Source of the DNA: an uncultured Gammaproteobacteria bacterium
GTDB taxonomy: Bacteria; Patescibacteriota; Patescibacteriia; CAZGFX01
DNA length: 62,383 bases
Direction of reading: 5' to 3'
Assembly (NCBI GenBank): GCA_964524845.1
Contig: CAZGFX010000001.1
Location: 1-62,383 of the forward strand
This document shows, one piece after another, positions 47,868 through 58,360 of the stretch (positions within the stretch are counted from its first letter, which is position 1; the number at the start of each line of letters is the position of its first letter). The notes beneath the pieces were generated by a model. It was given only the letters and a program-made list of their open reading frames with translations, did not search any database and was not told the origin of the DNA. The position numbers and the translations under genes were made by a program.

Positions 47868-49298
47868 TTAATAAGAACGAGCAAACAAGACCTGAAATAA
47901 GGCTTTTTTACCTGTATAAAAACATTTGTGCGACCCTTTTTCGTTATCAGAGAGAATACATCTAATAGTTGCTTTGGTGTCTTCTTTTATTTTCTTTTCT
48001 AAATCTTCATCATTACACCACCAAACTCTCAAAAAACCACCCTCCTCAATCTTGTCCTTGAACTCATCATAAGATGTTATGTCAATGGTCTTTTTTTCAA
48101 CCATCGATCTGTGTTCATTATATAAATCATTTTGAATCTTATCGAGACCGCTTATAACACTAGAAACAACTTCAGCGCGCGGCACACTCGTTTTAACACC
48201 GTCAAATCGATCAACAAGCACGACCGCTTCTTTTTCTATGTCTTTCGGTCCAACTTCGATACGAATTGGAACTCCTTTCAGTTCGTATTCATTAAATTTA
48301 AAACCTGGCGTTATATAATCTCGAACATCTGTATGAACACGAACACCGGCAGCAATAAGATCTTTTTCAATTTTTTCCGCATAAGAAACAGATGCCGCGC
48401 GCGACGAGTCGTCTTTGTATATAGGTATAATCACGACCTGTGTTGGAGCAATTTTTGGTGGTAAGCGCAACCCTTTGTCATCTCCGTGTGCCATAATAAT
48501 TCCTCCGATAAGACGAGTTGATACACCCCAAGATGTTTGATATGGATATTTAAGAATTCCGTCTTTATCACTATATTGAATACCAAAAACTTTCGCAAAA
48601 CCATCTCCTAAGTGATGAGATGTGCCCATTTGCAATGCCTTCCCATCTCGCATAAGTCCTTCAATTGAATGCGTATATTCTGCTCCGGCGAATGTCTCAG
48701 CGCGAGTCTTTTTTCCTGGAATAACATGAATCGCGCAAAATTCTTTTGCGAACCTCTCATACATCGCGAGAGCTCTTTCAACTTCTTTCGCCGCTTCTTC
48801 GTGTGATGCATGTACCGTGTGTCCTTCTTGCCATAAAAATTCCGTAGTACGCAAAAAAAGTCTTGTTCTTTTTTCCCAACGAACAACATTCGCCCATTGA
48901 TTGATTAATAACGGAAGATCACGATAAGAGTGTATCCAGTTCGCAAATGTATCATACATGATTGTTTCAGATGTCGGACGAATAACAAGTTTTTCAGCAA
49001 GTTCTTTGTCACCTACGTGTGTTACAGTCAAAAGCTCTGGAGCAAACCCCTCAACGTGTTTTGCCTCTCTTTCAATAAATTCTTTTGGGATAAACAATGG
49101 AAAATAAGCATTTTGAACTCCGGCGGCTTTTATCATTCCGTCGAGTGTTTGTTGAATACGCTCCCATAATGCATATCCGTATGGTTTTATAACCATACAT
49201 CCTCGCACAACAGAATTTTCTGCAAGATCCGCTTCTTTCACGACTTGCTGATACCACTCAGAAAAATCTTCTTTTTGTTTTATTGTTATTCCAGCCAT
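47868..49298 (-). CDS. proS: Proline--tRNA ligase (archaeal/eukaryote-like type)
   Basis: Class II core (FRTTEFLWQEGHT), no INS editing insertion, and a C-terminal domain ending ...FARSY with the terminal Tyr typical of that type. Confidence 0.88.
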   Translation of the reverse strand: MAGITIKQKEDFSEWYQQVVKEADLAENSVVRGCMVIKPYGYALWERIQQTLDGMIKAAGVQNAYFPLFIPKEFIEREAKHVEGFAPELLTVTHVGDKELAEKLVIRPTSETIMYDTFANWIHSYRDLPLLINQWANVVRWEKRTRLFLRTTEFLWQEGHTVHASHEEAAKEVERALAMYERFAKEFCAIHVIPGKKTRAETFAGAEYTHSIEGLMRDGKALQMGTSHHLGDGFAKVFGIQYSDKDGILKYPYQTSWGVSTRLIGGIIMAHGDDKGLRLPPKIAPTQVVIIPIYKDDSSRAASVSYAEKIEKDLIAAGVRVHTDVRDYITPGFKFNEYELKGVPIRIEVGPKDIEKEAVVLVDRFDGVKTSVPRAEVVSSVISGLDKIQNDLYNEHRSMVEKKTIDITSYDEFKDKIEEGGFLRVWWCNDEDLEKKIKEDTKATIRCILSDNEKGSHKCFYTGKKALFQVLFARSY

Positions 49299-49300
49299 AA

Positions 49301-49606
49301 TTATATAGTTTGTAAAATAGTATAAATCCTTTTCATCTCAGTTTCAATCAACGGACCCGAATATTCGCCAGAGTGAGCCGTATTTTCTCCATACGTATGT
49401 TGTTTATGGTCTATATGCAGATCCAAAATCCAGCCCTTTGGATCACGTTGCATTACATAAACGTGAAATTTCGGAAAAAAACCGGATCCAAGACGCCTAC
49501 TATAACTTACCTTTTTTGTTCTGTGATCAATATATTCGGAATATCCGCACCTTCTCATAAAAGAGCTTGGTGTTGTCGATAAATAATCAAATATTTCTAA
49601 TTTCAT
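49301..49606 (-). CDS. Hypothetical protein (~101 aa)
   Basis: I prefer the Met at 49606 (MKLEIFDY...), just after the rseP stop at 49611, over the ORF-track start at 49663, which overlaps rseP. His-rich (HIDHKQHTYGENTAHSGEY). No family assigned. Confidence 0.45.
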   Translation of the reverse strand: MKLEIFDYLSTTPSSFMRRCGYSEYIDHRTKKVSYSRRLGSGFFPKFHVYVMQRDPKGWILDLHIDHKQHTYGENTAHSGEYSGPLIETEMKRIYTILQTI

Positions 49607-49610
49607 TTTT

Positions 49611-50711
49611 TTAAAACAATCTCGTAAAATTATTCCATATTTGCGCCCCATACACTCCAACATCTTTGAATGTCACCATAATAACCAGAATCATGAGTAA
49701 TGCATATCCGGTCAAATGAACAATGTTTTCAACCTGCTCATCATTTGGTTTTCGGCGAATCATTTCAATAAGAACAAAAAGTATTCTTCCTCCATCCAGT
49801 GCGGGAATCGGCAAAATATTCAACACAGCTAGATTAACCGAAAGCAATGCGATGAAACTTATAAAATACGCCAATCCGTACAAAGCAGCCTCTCCTGTAA
49901 TTACAACGAGCCCGACTGGACCGGTCAGAGATTCTGGAAATCCATTGCCTGAAAGAACATTCCAAATCAAACTACCAAAAGCCTTAAAAGTCATACCAGT
50001 ATATAAAATAGTATCTTTAATACCATTATATACAGCCAATACTGGACCATATGAGACTACACCAGTATCAACCAAACTAAGACCGACAACAAGATTGTTA
50101 TTAAATGAAAATATTTTTGCCGTAACGTCTTTCTTCTCAGCTCCTCTTTCAATAAAAAGCTTAACTGTATCCACACCTGACCGAGTAGCAACATATGATT
50201 TAAAATCTGTTATATTTTCTACTTTTTGTTCATCAATACGAGTGATTATATCTCCTTGTTTTATATCAATTCCAAAATTCGGTGATTCTTTCATAATTTC
50301 AAGCACACGAACCTGTCTGTTTTCTATGTGCGCTGATGACGATATATTATGAAGTCCTTTTGGAACTCCTATCATATATGCGATTGAGAAAAAGATCATT
50401 GCAAGAAGTATGTTCATGAGTACTCCGGCCGCGAGTATAAACATTCTTCGTCCAAAGCCCTTACTCACAAAACTTTCGGGATCTGATCTGTCTTCTGATC
50501 CTGTCTCGCCTTTTATTTTTACAAATCCTCCAAGTGGAATAAGGTTAATAGAATAAAGCGTTTCTCCGACTTTTTTGCCCCAAAGTCTCGGTGGAAATCC
50601 AAATCCAAACTCATCAACACGGACTCCTGCGCGTTTCGCGGCAATAAAATGACCAACCTCGTGCACAAGAACGAGGATAGCCAGAACAATAATAAATAGC
50701 AAAATTGACAT
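49611..50711 (-). CDS. rseP: Site-2 zinc metalloprotease RseP (M50 family)
   Basis: HEVGHF zinc motif, a PDZ-like middle region, and NILPIPALDGG. Confidence 0.85.
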   Translation of the reverse strand: MSILLFIIVLAILVLVHEVGHFIAAKRAGVRVDEFGFGFPPRLWGKKVGETLYSINLIPLGGFVKIKGETGSEDRSDPESFVSKGFGRRMFILAAGVLMNILLAMIFFSIAYMIGVPKGLHNISSSAHIENRQVRVLEIMKESPNFGIDIKQGDIITRIDEQKVENITDFKSYVATRSGVDTVKLFIERGAEKKDVTAKIFSFNNNLVVGLSLVDTGVVSYGPVLAVYNGIKDTILYTGMTFKAFGSLIWNVLSGNGFPESLTGPVGLVVITGEAALYGLAYFISFIALLSVNLAVLNILPIPALDGGRILFVLIEMIRRKPNDEQVENIVHLTGYALLMILVIMVTFKDVGVYGAQIWNNFTRLF

Positions 50712-50715
50712 GGTA

Positions 50716-51270
50716 TTATACGGTCATTATTTCTTTTTCTTTAGATTCGCTGATTTCAGCAAGTGTAGCATTGTGTTCTTTTATTACTTCATCGACATCT
50801 TTAAGATATTTAAATTTTTCATCTTCGGAAATTTCTTTATTTTTCTCAGCATCATTTATTTCCTCACGAATTTTTTCACGAATATTTCTAAGTGCCACTC
50901 GATTTTCTTCAATATGCTCTTTCATGAGTTTTACAAGTTGTAACCGGCGCTCCTCCGTAGGCTGTGGAATTGATAATCTAATAATAGTGCCGTCGACGTT
51001 CGGCAAGGCACCCAGCTCCGCCTTCGTTAGACCTGTTTCGATTGCCTTAACAAGAGATTTGTCCCAAGGCTCAATAACAAGTGTTCTATTGTCCTGTGCT
51101 TTAATATTCGCGACCTGTTTTACAGTCATTTGGTTTCCATACGCTTCAATAAATACGCCCTCGACCAAACCGGGGTGAGCTCTTCCTATGCGAAGAGAAT
51201 TTAGTTGTTCGTGCGTATGTGAAATCACCTTATCAAGTGACTCTTTGTGCGATAAAATAAAACGATTCAT
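50716..51270 (-). CDS. frr: Ribosome recycling factor
   Basis: LRIGRAHPGLVEGV ... IPQPTEERR ... RNIR. Confidence 0.95.
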   Translation of the reverse strand: MNRFILSHKESLDKVISHTHEQLNSLRIGRAHPGLVEGVFIEAYGNQMTVKQVANIKAQDNRTLVIEPWDKSLVKAIETGLTKAELGALPNVDGTIIRLSIPQPTEERRLQLVKLMKEHIEENRVALRNIREKIREEINDAEKNKEISEDEKFKYLKDVDEVIKEHNATLAEISESKEKEIMTV

Positions 51271-51275
51271 ATGAT

Positions 51276-52325
51276 TTACTTTAGTTTTGCTACTCCTAAA
51301 TAAACGATTGAAGGAGTATTTGGGTGAACCAAAAGTCGGACACCCGTACGTTTACTTGGAAGATTTCTCGGAATCCAAGTTTGCCCTCCGTCTTTTGTAT
51401 GATACAAACGATCATTGCTTATAAAAAACAATTCTTTGTTATTGATCGAATTAACACCAATTGCATATATATTTACAGAACTTCCGACAATTGTCTCGAT
51501 TGGTTGCCATGTTGTTCCTGCGTCATTTGTTTTTAATAGTCCATATTTAGAAGCATAAATAAGCGTATTTGGTTCATTACTATCAATATAAACATCACGA
51601 TAAACATTTGCACCGTTATAATTTGATAAGCCTCGATCAAGCGACTTCCAATTAAGTCCGCTATCATCTGAAAGATAAATACCTTTCGAACGCATAAATA
51701 CATATATACGATTTGGTGTCTTGTCATCGAGAAGAATTTTTTCAATACTGTCATCAAATGTACGGACAAGTTCCCACGAATCGCCGAAGTCGTTCGAGAC
51801 CAAAAAACTTCCTGCGTTTGTACCGATAAATATCTGTGCCGGATTCAAACGATTGATTGCAACAGAGTTGGTTTGGGTTGTTTTTTTCGTATCAATAAAA
51901 ACATCGCTAAATGTGCGAGCACAATCATTCGATCTTTTAAGCACATTCCCTGTTGCAACAGTAATAAAACATTTTGCTGCAGGACTCACAGCAATGTCAT
52001 TAATTTGTTCATCATCAAGCACCGTCGCCGACCATGAGTTTCCACCATCAATCGTATAAAAAAGTCCGTTTGCATATGTTCCGAGATATAGTGTCTCTGG
52101 GTCCTGAGGATCAAACGTAATCGTCTTCGTATTGACGCCTTCTATTGATCGTGTTCCTCCAGCAGTTAGTACGGCGTTTTTTCTATCCCAAGTTTCTGCA
52201 TTATTAATACTTTTATACACGCCACCCTCTATTGTGGTTTGTTTTGCGCTTTGACCAAGACACCCGGTCAAACCGAGTAAAATAACACACACGACACTTG
52301 ATACGGTAATTAATCGCGATTTCAT
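51276..52325 (-). CDS. Lipoprotein with a BNR/Asp-box beta-propeller (Ycf48/sialidase-like fold)
   Basis: Lipobox LLGLTGC after a signal peptide, taking the Met at 52325 as the start. Six SxDxGxTW-like repeats are present (TIDGGNSW, SNDFGDSW, SDDSGLNW, TNDAGTTW, TKDGGQTW). Confidence 0.7.
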   Translation of the reverse strand: MKSRLITVSSVVCVILLGLTGCLGQSAKQTTIEGGVYKSINNAETWDRKNAVLTAGGTRSIEGVNTKTITFDPQDPETLYLGTYANGLFYTIDGGNSWSATVLDDEQINDIAVSPAAKCFITVATGNVLKRSNDCARTFSDVFIDTKKTTQTNSVAINRLNPAQIFIGTNAGSFLVSNDFGDSWELVRTFDDSIEKILLDDKTPNRIYVFMRSKGIYLSDDSGLNWKSLDRGLSNYNGANVYRDVYIDSNEPNTLIYASKYGLLKTNDAGTTWQPIETIVGSSVNIYAIGVNSINNKELFFISNDRLYHTKDGGQTWIPRNLPSKRTGVRLLVHPNTPSIVYLGVAKLK

Positions 52326-52434
52326 AAGGTTTTTACTTATTATAAAGCACCAATATTGTATCACCAAACACGAAAAAAACAAGTAATGTACCTTGTTTTA
52401 TGAACACAAAAAGCTTTTAGAAATTAATGAGAAA

Positions 52435-53328
52435 TCACCTCCTCCCCAAAACTATGTTTTCTAGAATTATGCGTGGATTTATGTTCCTTCTAACTAAATT
52501 GCCTGATTTTATAATTAGATTAATAAAGTCCTTGTTCATGTCTTTGTTTTCGAACTTCATGACTGATATTATAATATGCAAAAATTCTGAAAACGAGAAT
52601 CCAAAAAAATCTTTTTTTATACATTCATCAATCTCTCTAGATGCATCTGGAAACGGTATGGAAAAAATATGTTTTGTCCATTCGTATACATCTATATATC
52701 TCTGTCGCATTAAATCATCTTTTGTGAATGAAAAAACAAATCCCGGCTTTCCTTCTGAAACATAAATACAAAACGGGTGAAGCGATGAGATAACATCTTT
52801 TGGAAAATCAGAACTTGAACACAGCTCGAATTCAAACTTCATAACACGAGAAAGAATAGTTAATGGTATTGTATCGATCCTAGACGAAATTAGAATAAAA
52901 TGCGTGTAAATAGGAACGTCTTCGAGAAGCTTGAGAAGACTGTTTGCAGATTCTTCTTGCAAAAGATGCGCATTATCTATAATAACCGTCTTTATTCCAC
53001 CAAAAAAACAAGATGTCATTAGAGAACTTTTTAGATTTCTTATTTGATCAATTGATATTCCTGTGCTTTCGGGCTCTCGATCAATTACAAAATGGTCTGG
53101 ATGTCCACCGGAAACAAATAATTTACATGATTGACACTGATCACATCTTTCTCCCACACCTTTTTCTTTACAATGAAGATGTGAGCAAAATAAATCGGCA
53201 AGAGTGCGCTTTCCTACGTGTTCTTCCCCAATAAACAACATAACACGAGGACGTTTATCACTCCCCTCGAACATGCGAAGCGCATCAACAATATGCGCAT
53301 TTCCGATAAATTTATCGTATACGTTCAT
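52435..53328 (-). CDS. holB: DNA polymerase III delta-prime subunit
   Basis: AAA+ clamp-loader N-terminus (LFIGEEHVGKRTLA), a Cys cluster (CDQCQSCKLF..GGHPD) and IIDNAH. The 297-aa length fits delta-prime rather than tau. Confidence 0.7.
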   Translation of the reverse strand: MNVYDKFIGNAHIVDALRMFEGSDKRPRVMLFIGEEHVGKRTLADLFCSHLHCKEKGVGERCDQCQSCKLFVSGGHPDHFVIDREPESTGISIDQIRNLKSSLMTSCFFGGIKTVIIDNAHLLQEESANSLLKLLEDVPIYTHFILISSRIDTIPLTILSRVMKFEFELCSSSDFPKDVISSLHPFCIYVSEGKPGFVFSFTKDDLMRQRYIDVYEWTKHIFSIPFPDASREIDECIKKDFFGFSFSEFLHIIISVMKFENKDMNKDFINLIIKSGNLVRRNINPRIILENIVLGRR

Positions 53329-53333
53329 TGTAA

Positions 53334-53750
53334 TTATAATTTCTTTGTTTCCGCATCAATCGCTTTATTAACCAGCTCATCTGCACGAGCATTACGCGCG
53401 CGCGGCACGTGTGAAAAAGTTATATTATCAAAAATACGAATATGATTACAAACTTCTTCGTAAAGTGGTTTTAAACCGACATCCTTCACCTTATATTCCC
53501 CATTAATTTGTCTAACGATAAGTTCACTATCCAAAAAACAAGATATGCTATTGATCTTGTGCTTATGTGCCAAGCTTAATCCTTCGAGCAACGCACGATA
53601 CTCGGCCTGATTATTTGTAGCAACTCCAATATATTTTGAAACATTTCCAATTTCGTTTTCACTGCACAACAAAACAGCTCCTACTCCTGCCGGTCCAGGA
53701 TTGCCGCGCGCGCCACCGTCCGTAAATAATTTATATGTATCAGTGCTCAT
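53334..53750 (-). CDS. rnhA: Ribonuclease HI
   Basis: DEDD catalytic pattern: FTDGGARGNPG, NNQAEYRAL, DSELIV and NARADELVN. Confidence 0.9.
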   Translation of the reverse strand: MSTDTYKLFTDGGARGNPGPAGVGAVLLCSENEIGNVSKYIGVATNNQAEYRALLEGLSLAHKHKINSISCFLDSELIVRQINGEYKVKDVGLKPLYEEVCNHIRIFDNITFSHVPRARNARADELVNKAIDAETKKL

Positions 53751-53756
53751 ATATAA

Positions 53757-55475
53757 TTACAATATCATATAATCCAGCATTCGCATACGAATAGAACGCT
53801 CTCCATTCCATTCGTTTTCATCAATTGAATACACGATGTCCATATTCTGTGCATGCGAAATTTCATCGGTCACACTTGGCGCAACATCAAAAGCTATAAC
53901 CGTCTGCTTTGTATTTGATGCATCGCTTACCTTAAATAAAATATGTTTTTTATCAGCACCAAGTGTACGCACGTCACTCACAAAAACATTTCTGGTAATA
54001 AATTTTGGTTCCGGGTTTTCCATACCAAATGGGCACATCATATGTATTTCTTTCTTAACCGGCCACGATATATCATTAAGAGAAATTTCCGCATCAATAT
54101 CCAAGACAGGAATCATATCAGCCTGTGTTAAATTTTTTGTAAAATAATCATTCGCACACGTTATAAATTCATCATAATATTTATATTCCATGCTAAATCC
54201 ACACGCCATACGATGACCTCCATATCTTGTAAATAAATTTTTATTGGAATAAAAAAAGTCCATTATATCATGCCTTTGGACCGTGTTTCTTCCTGAGCCA
54301 ACTATCGTATCACCATTCTTTCCCATGATAAAAGTTGGTTTGTTATATCGTTGAGCGATCTTACCAGCAACAAGCCCTACTACACCGAGATTCCACGATT
54401 CATTAAATGCGTATGCCCAAAGTGAATCTGATGATTGTTTTTCAATGTTTTCAATCGCTTCTTTAAAAATTATATCTGTTATTGATTTACGTTTTGAATT
54501 ATTTTGTTCAAGCTCACGAACATATGCCAATGCGGTATCGTTGTCATCGGAGATAAGTGCGTTAAATGCTATATCAGAATGATCCATACGTCCGGCCGCG
54601 TTAATACGAGGACCGATTTGATACCCTATTGTATGTGTGTTTATATTTTCTGTATTAATTCCACCAATTTCATACATGTGTTTTAAGCCAAGTGTTTTTG
54701 TTTTTGGAAGAACCTTAAGTCCATAATAAACGAGAAGTCTGTTTTCTCCGATAAGAGGAACCATATCGGCAACAGTACTTATGGCAACATGATCTAGAAG
54801 CCATTTTTCAAACGCGATGTATTCGGATTCTTTCATATTACTTCGCCTAAGCAATGCCTGAGCAATTTTAAATGCTACACCACCTCCAGATAAATGTTTA
54901 AACGGATATGGCTCATCTTTAAGCCCAGGATGAATAATCGCATACGCAGGAGGCAGTATTTCCGGAGCCGCATGATGGTCTGTGATAATAACATCCATTC
55001 CACACTCTTTCGCATATGAAACTTCTTCTACTGTACTGATTCCACAATCGCACGTGATAATAAGTTTCGCATTGCGCGCGCGCATAAAATCAATAGCGTA
55101 ATTACTTAAACCATACCCTTCACGTTCACGGTGTGGAAGATATACTTCAATGGCGCGCGCGCCTATTGCTCGAAGTGTTTTATACAAAATTGCCGAAGCA
55201 TTTACGCCATCGGCATCATAATCTCCGAAAATAAAAATTGTTTCTTCATTTTTAATCGCATTATAAATCCTTTCAACTGCTTTTTCCATATCAGCAAATA
55301 AAAAAGGGTCGTGGTTTTTTTCATATGAAAAAGACACGAATTTTTCCACGCCTTCTCTTGTTAGACATCCTCTGTTCCACAAACACTGAGCGAGAACGTG
55401 GCCATATTCAGATATAGACGATCTAAATTTCGCGTCACAAACAGGACGCACTTTCCATGTATATCTCGATGACAT
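53757..55475 (-). CDS. recJ: Single-stranded-DNA-specific exonuclease RecJ
   Basis: DHH family motifs GDYDADGV, TCDCG and ITDHHA, plus DHHA1 GGHRMACG. Confidence 0.9.
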   Translation of the reverse strand: MSSRYTWKVRPVCDAKFRSSISEYGHVLAQCLWNRGCLTREGVEKFVSFSYEKNHDPFLFADMEKAVERIYNAIKNEETIFIFGDYDADGVNASAILYKTLRAIGARAIEVYLPHREREGYGLSNYAIDFMRARNAKLIITCDCGISTVEEVSYAKECGMDVIITDHHAAPEILPPAYAIIHPGLKDEPYPFKHLSGGGVAFKIAQALLRRSNMKESEYIAFEKWLLDHVAISTVADMVPLIGENRLLVYYGLKVLPKTKTLGLKHMYEIGGINTENINTHTIGYQIGPRINAAGRMDHSDIAFNALISDDNDTALAYVRELEQNNSKRKSITDIIFKEAIENIEKQSSDSLWAYAFNESWNLGVVGLVAGKIAQRYNKPTFIMGKNGDTIVGSGRNTVQRHDIMDFFYSNKNLFTRYGGHRMACGFSMEYKYYDEFITCANDYFTKNLTQADMIPVLDIDAEISLNDISWPVKKEIHMMCPFGMENPEPKFITRNVFVSDVRTLGADKKHILFKVSDASNTKQTVIAFDVAPSVTDEISHAQNMDIVYSIDENEWNGERSIRMRMLDYMIL

Positions 55476-55478
55476 ATA

Positions 55479-56765
55479 TTACTCAGATTTAACTTTTACT
55501 GATGTTTTGCTATGAGGTAAGTTTTCTTCTCCTTCTTTTATTGGAACTCGTATGCGTTCTTTTTTCTTCATAAGAATGGCGTTTGTGTGCCACCATAAAA
55601 CCACTAATACAAAAAGTGCGAGAATACTTATAATCACCCAGAGCATCCAGTTTCCGGGATTAAAAAAACTTATAGAAAGTTCAACGCTTTTTACCGTGTT
55701 GTTTCCATAATTATCTCTCACGTTTAGTGTTACAACGTATGATCCCCATCTTCTATATGTGTGTACAGGACCACTAAAAGTGCTTGTCGCACCATCCCCG
55801 AAATCCCAAGCAAAAGAAAGACGATCGCCATATTTTCCTCCTAGAACAGGAGTGAACAAATATCTATTCCACTCTTGTTTTGTCACATCAATTACAATAC
55901 TCAAAGTCTCGCTTTCTAAAACATCGAGCGGATTTTCATTTTGAAACGGTATTATTTCTTTACACTTAAGTTCGCATGCGTGATTTACACAACGTGCATC
56001 AGCGTCACAAGATTTTTCCTTATCTATAACACTTGCGCAATCAGCGTCTGTTTCACAATATAAGGGTTCTTTTTTGTCTGTTGTGTTTTGATCAGAAATT
56101 GGAGTTACAGGATCAGGAGTTGGGGTCGGTGCTGGTTGTGGCTTTGGTTTTGGTGTTGGCTTTGGAATACTAGTATCTTTCGATTTGGTCGAATCAAGTG
56201 GAAAAGCATCGTTTACATCAAGAACTCCATCATTATCATCATCGGCGTCACAAACATCTCCTTGGGTATCATTATCTGTGTTCTTTTGATCTGCGTTTGC
56301 GGCCAAAGGACAATTATCCTCGTCGTTTATTATTCCATCCTTATCATCATCTTTAATAGGAATAATAATCGGAGTTATGGCAACATTATTCGATAAATTT
56401 TGATCTGTTTGAGGAGAAAAATTATTAAGTTCAGCTCGAATATTAAAAGCACCATTCGGAACTGTCCAATCAACAAAAACCTCGTCATCAAGTCCGTTTG
56501 CTCTGATTGAAACAGTTTCCGAATCTCCTATTTTCTGCTGACCTTGATAAAAAGTTACTTTTGCTGTCATGTCCTTTTTACCGACATTCCTAACAAGTGC
56601 ATACACACGCGCAAAATCACCTGATACAAGCGTTCCTTTTGAAAAATAAATATTTCCGCCTTGTACCTCAAGATCATAATCAAGCTTTTCCGCCGCATAT
56701 ATGCTCGACGGAAAAATAAACATCACACACAGCACGCTTATAAAGAAGGTTTTTATCTTGCGCAT
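55479..56765 (-). CDS. Cell-surface protein with thrombospondin type-3 Ca-binding repeats and a PKD domain; C-terminal TM anchor
   Basis: Signal peptide, D-rich TSP3 repeats (DDDKDGIINDEDNCP...DQKNTDNDTQGDVCD.DDDNDGVLD), a Pro/Thr linker, and PKD-like FAWDFGDGATS...HTY...G.Y.VTL.V.D. Confidence 0.7.
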   Translation of the reverse strand: MRKIKTFFISVLCVMFIFPSSIYAAEKLDYDLEVQGGNIYFSKGTLVSGDFARVYALVRNVGKKDMTAKVTFYQGQQKIGDSETVSIRANGLDDEVFVDWTVPNGAFNIRAELNNFSPQTDQNLSNNVAITPIIIPIKDDDKDGIINDEDNCPLAANADQKNTDNDTQGDVCDADDDNDGVLDVNDAFPLDSTKSKDTSIPKPTPKPKPQPAPTPTPDPVTPISDQNTTDKKEPLYCETDADCASVIDKEKSCDADARCVNHACELKCKEIIPFQNENPLDVLESETLSIVIDVTKQEWNRYLFTPVLGGKYGDRLSFAWDFGDGATSTFSGPVHTYRRWGSYVVTLNVRDNYGNNTVKSVELSISFFNPGNWMLWVIISILALFVLVVLWWHTNAILMKKKERIRVPIKEGEENLPHSKTSVKVKSE

Positions 56766-56949
56766 ACTTGGCCTTTTATACGCACATTATATCAAAACAA
56801 CTCAAAAATATCTAACAAGAGCTTTTTATTGGTGTTTTTTACATTGACGATCGTTTGAATTATATAGTACACTTATATGAAAATAACACTTAAAGATATT
56901 TACAACAAATTTAAAAAAACCTGCTATAAACAGGAGAACGGAGCTTATC

Positions 56950-58281
56950 ATGCAGAACTTTATTATCAATGGCGGAAAACAACTTCGTGGATCAGTGTCT
57001 GTTGGTCATTCAAAAAACGCAGCGCTTGCTATACTTCATGCGGCGCTACTTACGAAAGGAACAACAACACTTCATAATGTTCCTGATATAGAAGATATTC
57101 GTATTGTTCTTGAGGTTTTTAAAAAGATTGGGGTTAAGGTGAAAACACATCCATTAGAAACAGGTCCGTTAAAAATTACCCCTCCGGATCAATATGACGA
57201 GACGCTTGTCAACGGCATCATTGGGGGAAAAATACGCTCAGTCCTCTATCTTATGGGATCGCTTATTCATTGTCTTGATTCATTTTCAATTCCTCAGCCC
57301 GGAGGATGTGCTCTTGGAGATCGGACAATTGTCGCTCATACTGATACGTTCAAAGAAATGGGAATCAATGTTAGTGAAACGTGCGAACAAATACGAATTG
57401 AAAAAACCAAAAGCATTTCCAAGGATCGTAATGTGCGTATAGTCATGATCGAGGCAAGTGATACAGGAACGTGCAATGCGATACTTGCGGCGGTTCTCAT
57501 GCCAGGAACCACGACTTTAGTGAACGCCTCATTTAATTATATGGTTATAGATCTGTGTGTTATGCTCAAAAAAATGGGCGCAAACATAACAATTACACCA
57601 CAGGAAATAATCATTGTTGGGGTTTCCAAACTGATGCCTGTTGAATATTTTATTATGCACGATCCGATTGAAGCTTTCTTTTTTATCGCTGTTGGAATAA
57701 CAACCAAGTCATGTATCGCGATTCATCATTGTCCTCTGTGGTACATTGAGTCTGAAATAAAAATACTAAAATTTATGGGGGCTCATTTCGAAATATCTAA
57801 ACCTTACAGACTAGAAAACAATGAAGACTCTCCGATTGTTGATATCATAATAAAAACAACGGACATACGCGGACTTCAAAAGGGTGAAAAAATAAAAGCT
57901 CGCGCAGGAGGATCTGGAATTAATGTAGATAATTTAATTATGTTTGCCCCAGTAGTGGCAAGCGCGCGAGGAACAACGCTTATCCATGACGATTTATACG
58001 AAAAGAGAATCGTGTATCTTGAAAAAATGTCTCATTTTGGGTGTGAGTTGTATATAGATGGCATTCATAAAGCACTTATAACAGGTCCTACAAAATGGCA
58101 TTCTGCTGATGTAGAATCACCCGAAGGACTTCGTCCTGCAACAAATCTGCTTATCTGTGCGCTTGCCGCACCAGGAAAATCAATAATCCGAAACACCAGG
58201 CAGATTAACAGAGGATATCAGGATATAGTAAAAAAACTTAGAGAAATCGGAGCAGATATATCCATGTCTGATGACATCTGA
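56950..58281 (+). CDS. murA: UDP-N-acetylglucosamine 1-carboxyvinyltransferase MurA
   Basis: INGGKQLRGSVSVGHSKNAAL and the catalytic loop PGGCALGDR. Length is ~440 aa. Confidence 0.9.
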   Translation: MQNFIINGGKQLRGSVSVGHSKNAALAILHAALLTKGTTTLHNVPDIEDIRIVLEVFKKIGVKVKTHPLETGPLKITPPDQYDETLVNGIIGGKIRSVLYLMGSLIHCLDSFSIPQPGGCALGDRTIVAHTDTFKEMGINVSETCEQIRIEKTKSISKDRNVRIVMIEASDTGTCNAILAAVLMPGTTTLVNASFNYMVIDLCVMLKKMGANITITPQEIIIVGVSKLMPVEYFIMHDPIEAFFFIAVGITTKSCIAIHHCPLWYIESEIKILKFMGAHFEISKPYRLENNEDSPIVDIIIKTTDIRGLQKGEKIKARAGGSGINVDNLIMFAPVVASARGTTLIHDDLYEKRIVYLEKMSHFGCELYIDGIHKALITGPTKWHSADVESPEGLRPATNLLICALAAPGKSIIRNTRQINRGYQDIVKKLREIGADISMSDDI

Positions 58282-58302
58282 TGACACAAAAAAATATAAA
58301 AC

Positions 58303-58338
58303 AAAAAACCCCGCTGGAAAAAATCAGCGGGGGTTTTT
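58303..58338. terminator. Bidirectional rho-independent terminator (murA / tsf)
   Basis: Stem CCCCGCTG/CAGCGGGG flanked by A6 and T5, between convergent genes. Confidence 0.7.
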
Positions 58339-58360
58339 ATCTGTTGAAAAAACTTTGAAA

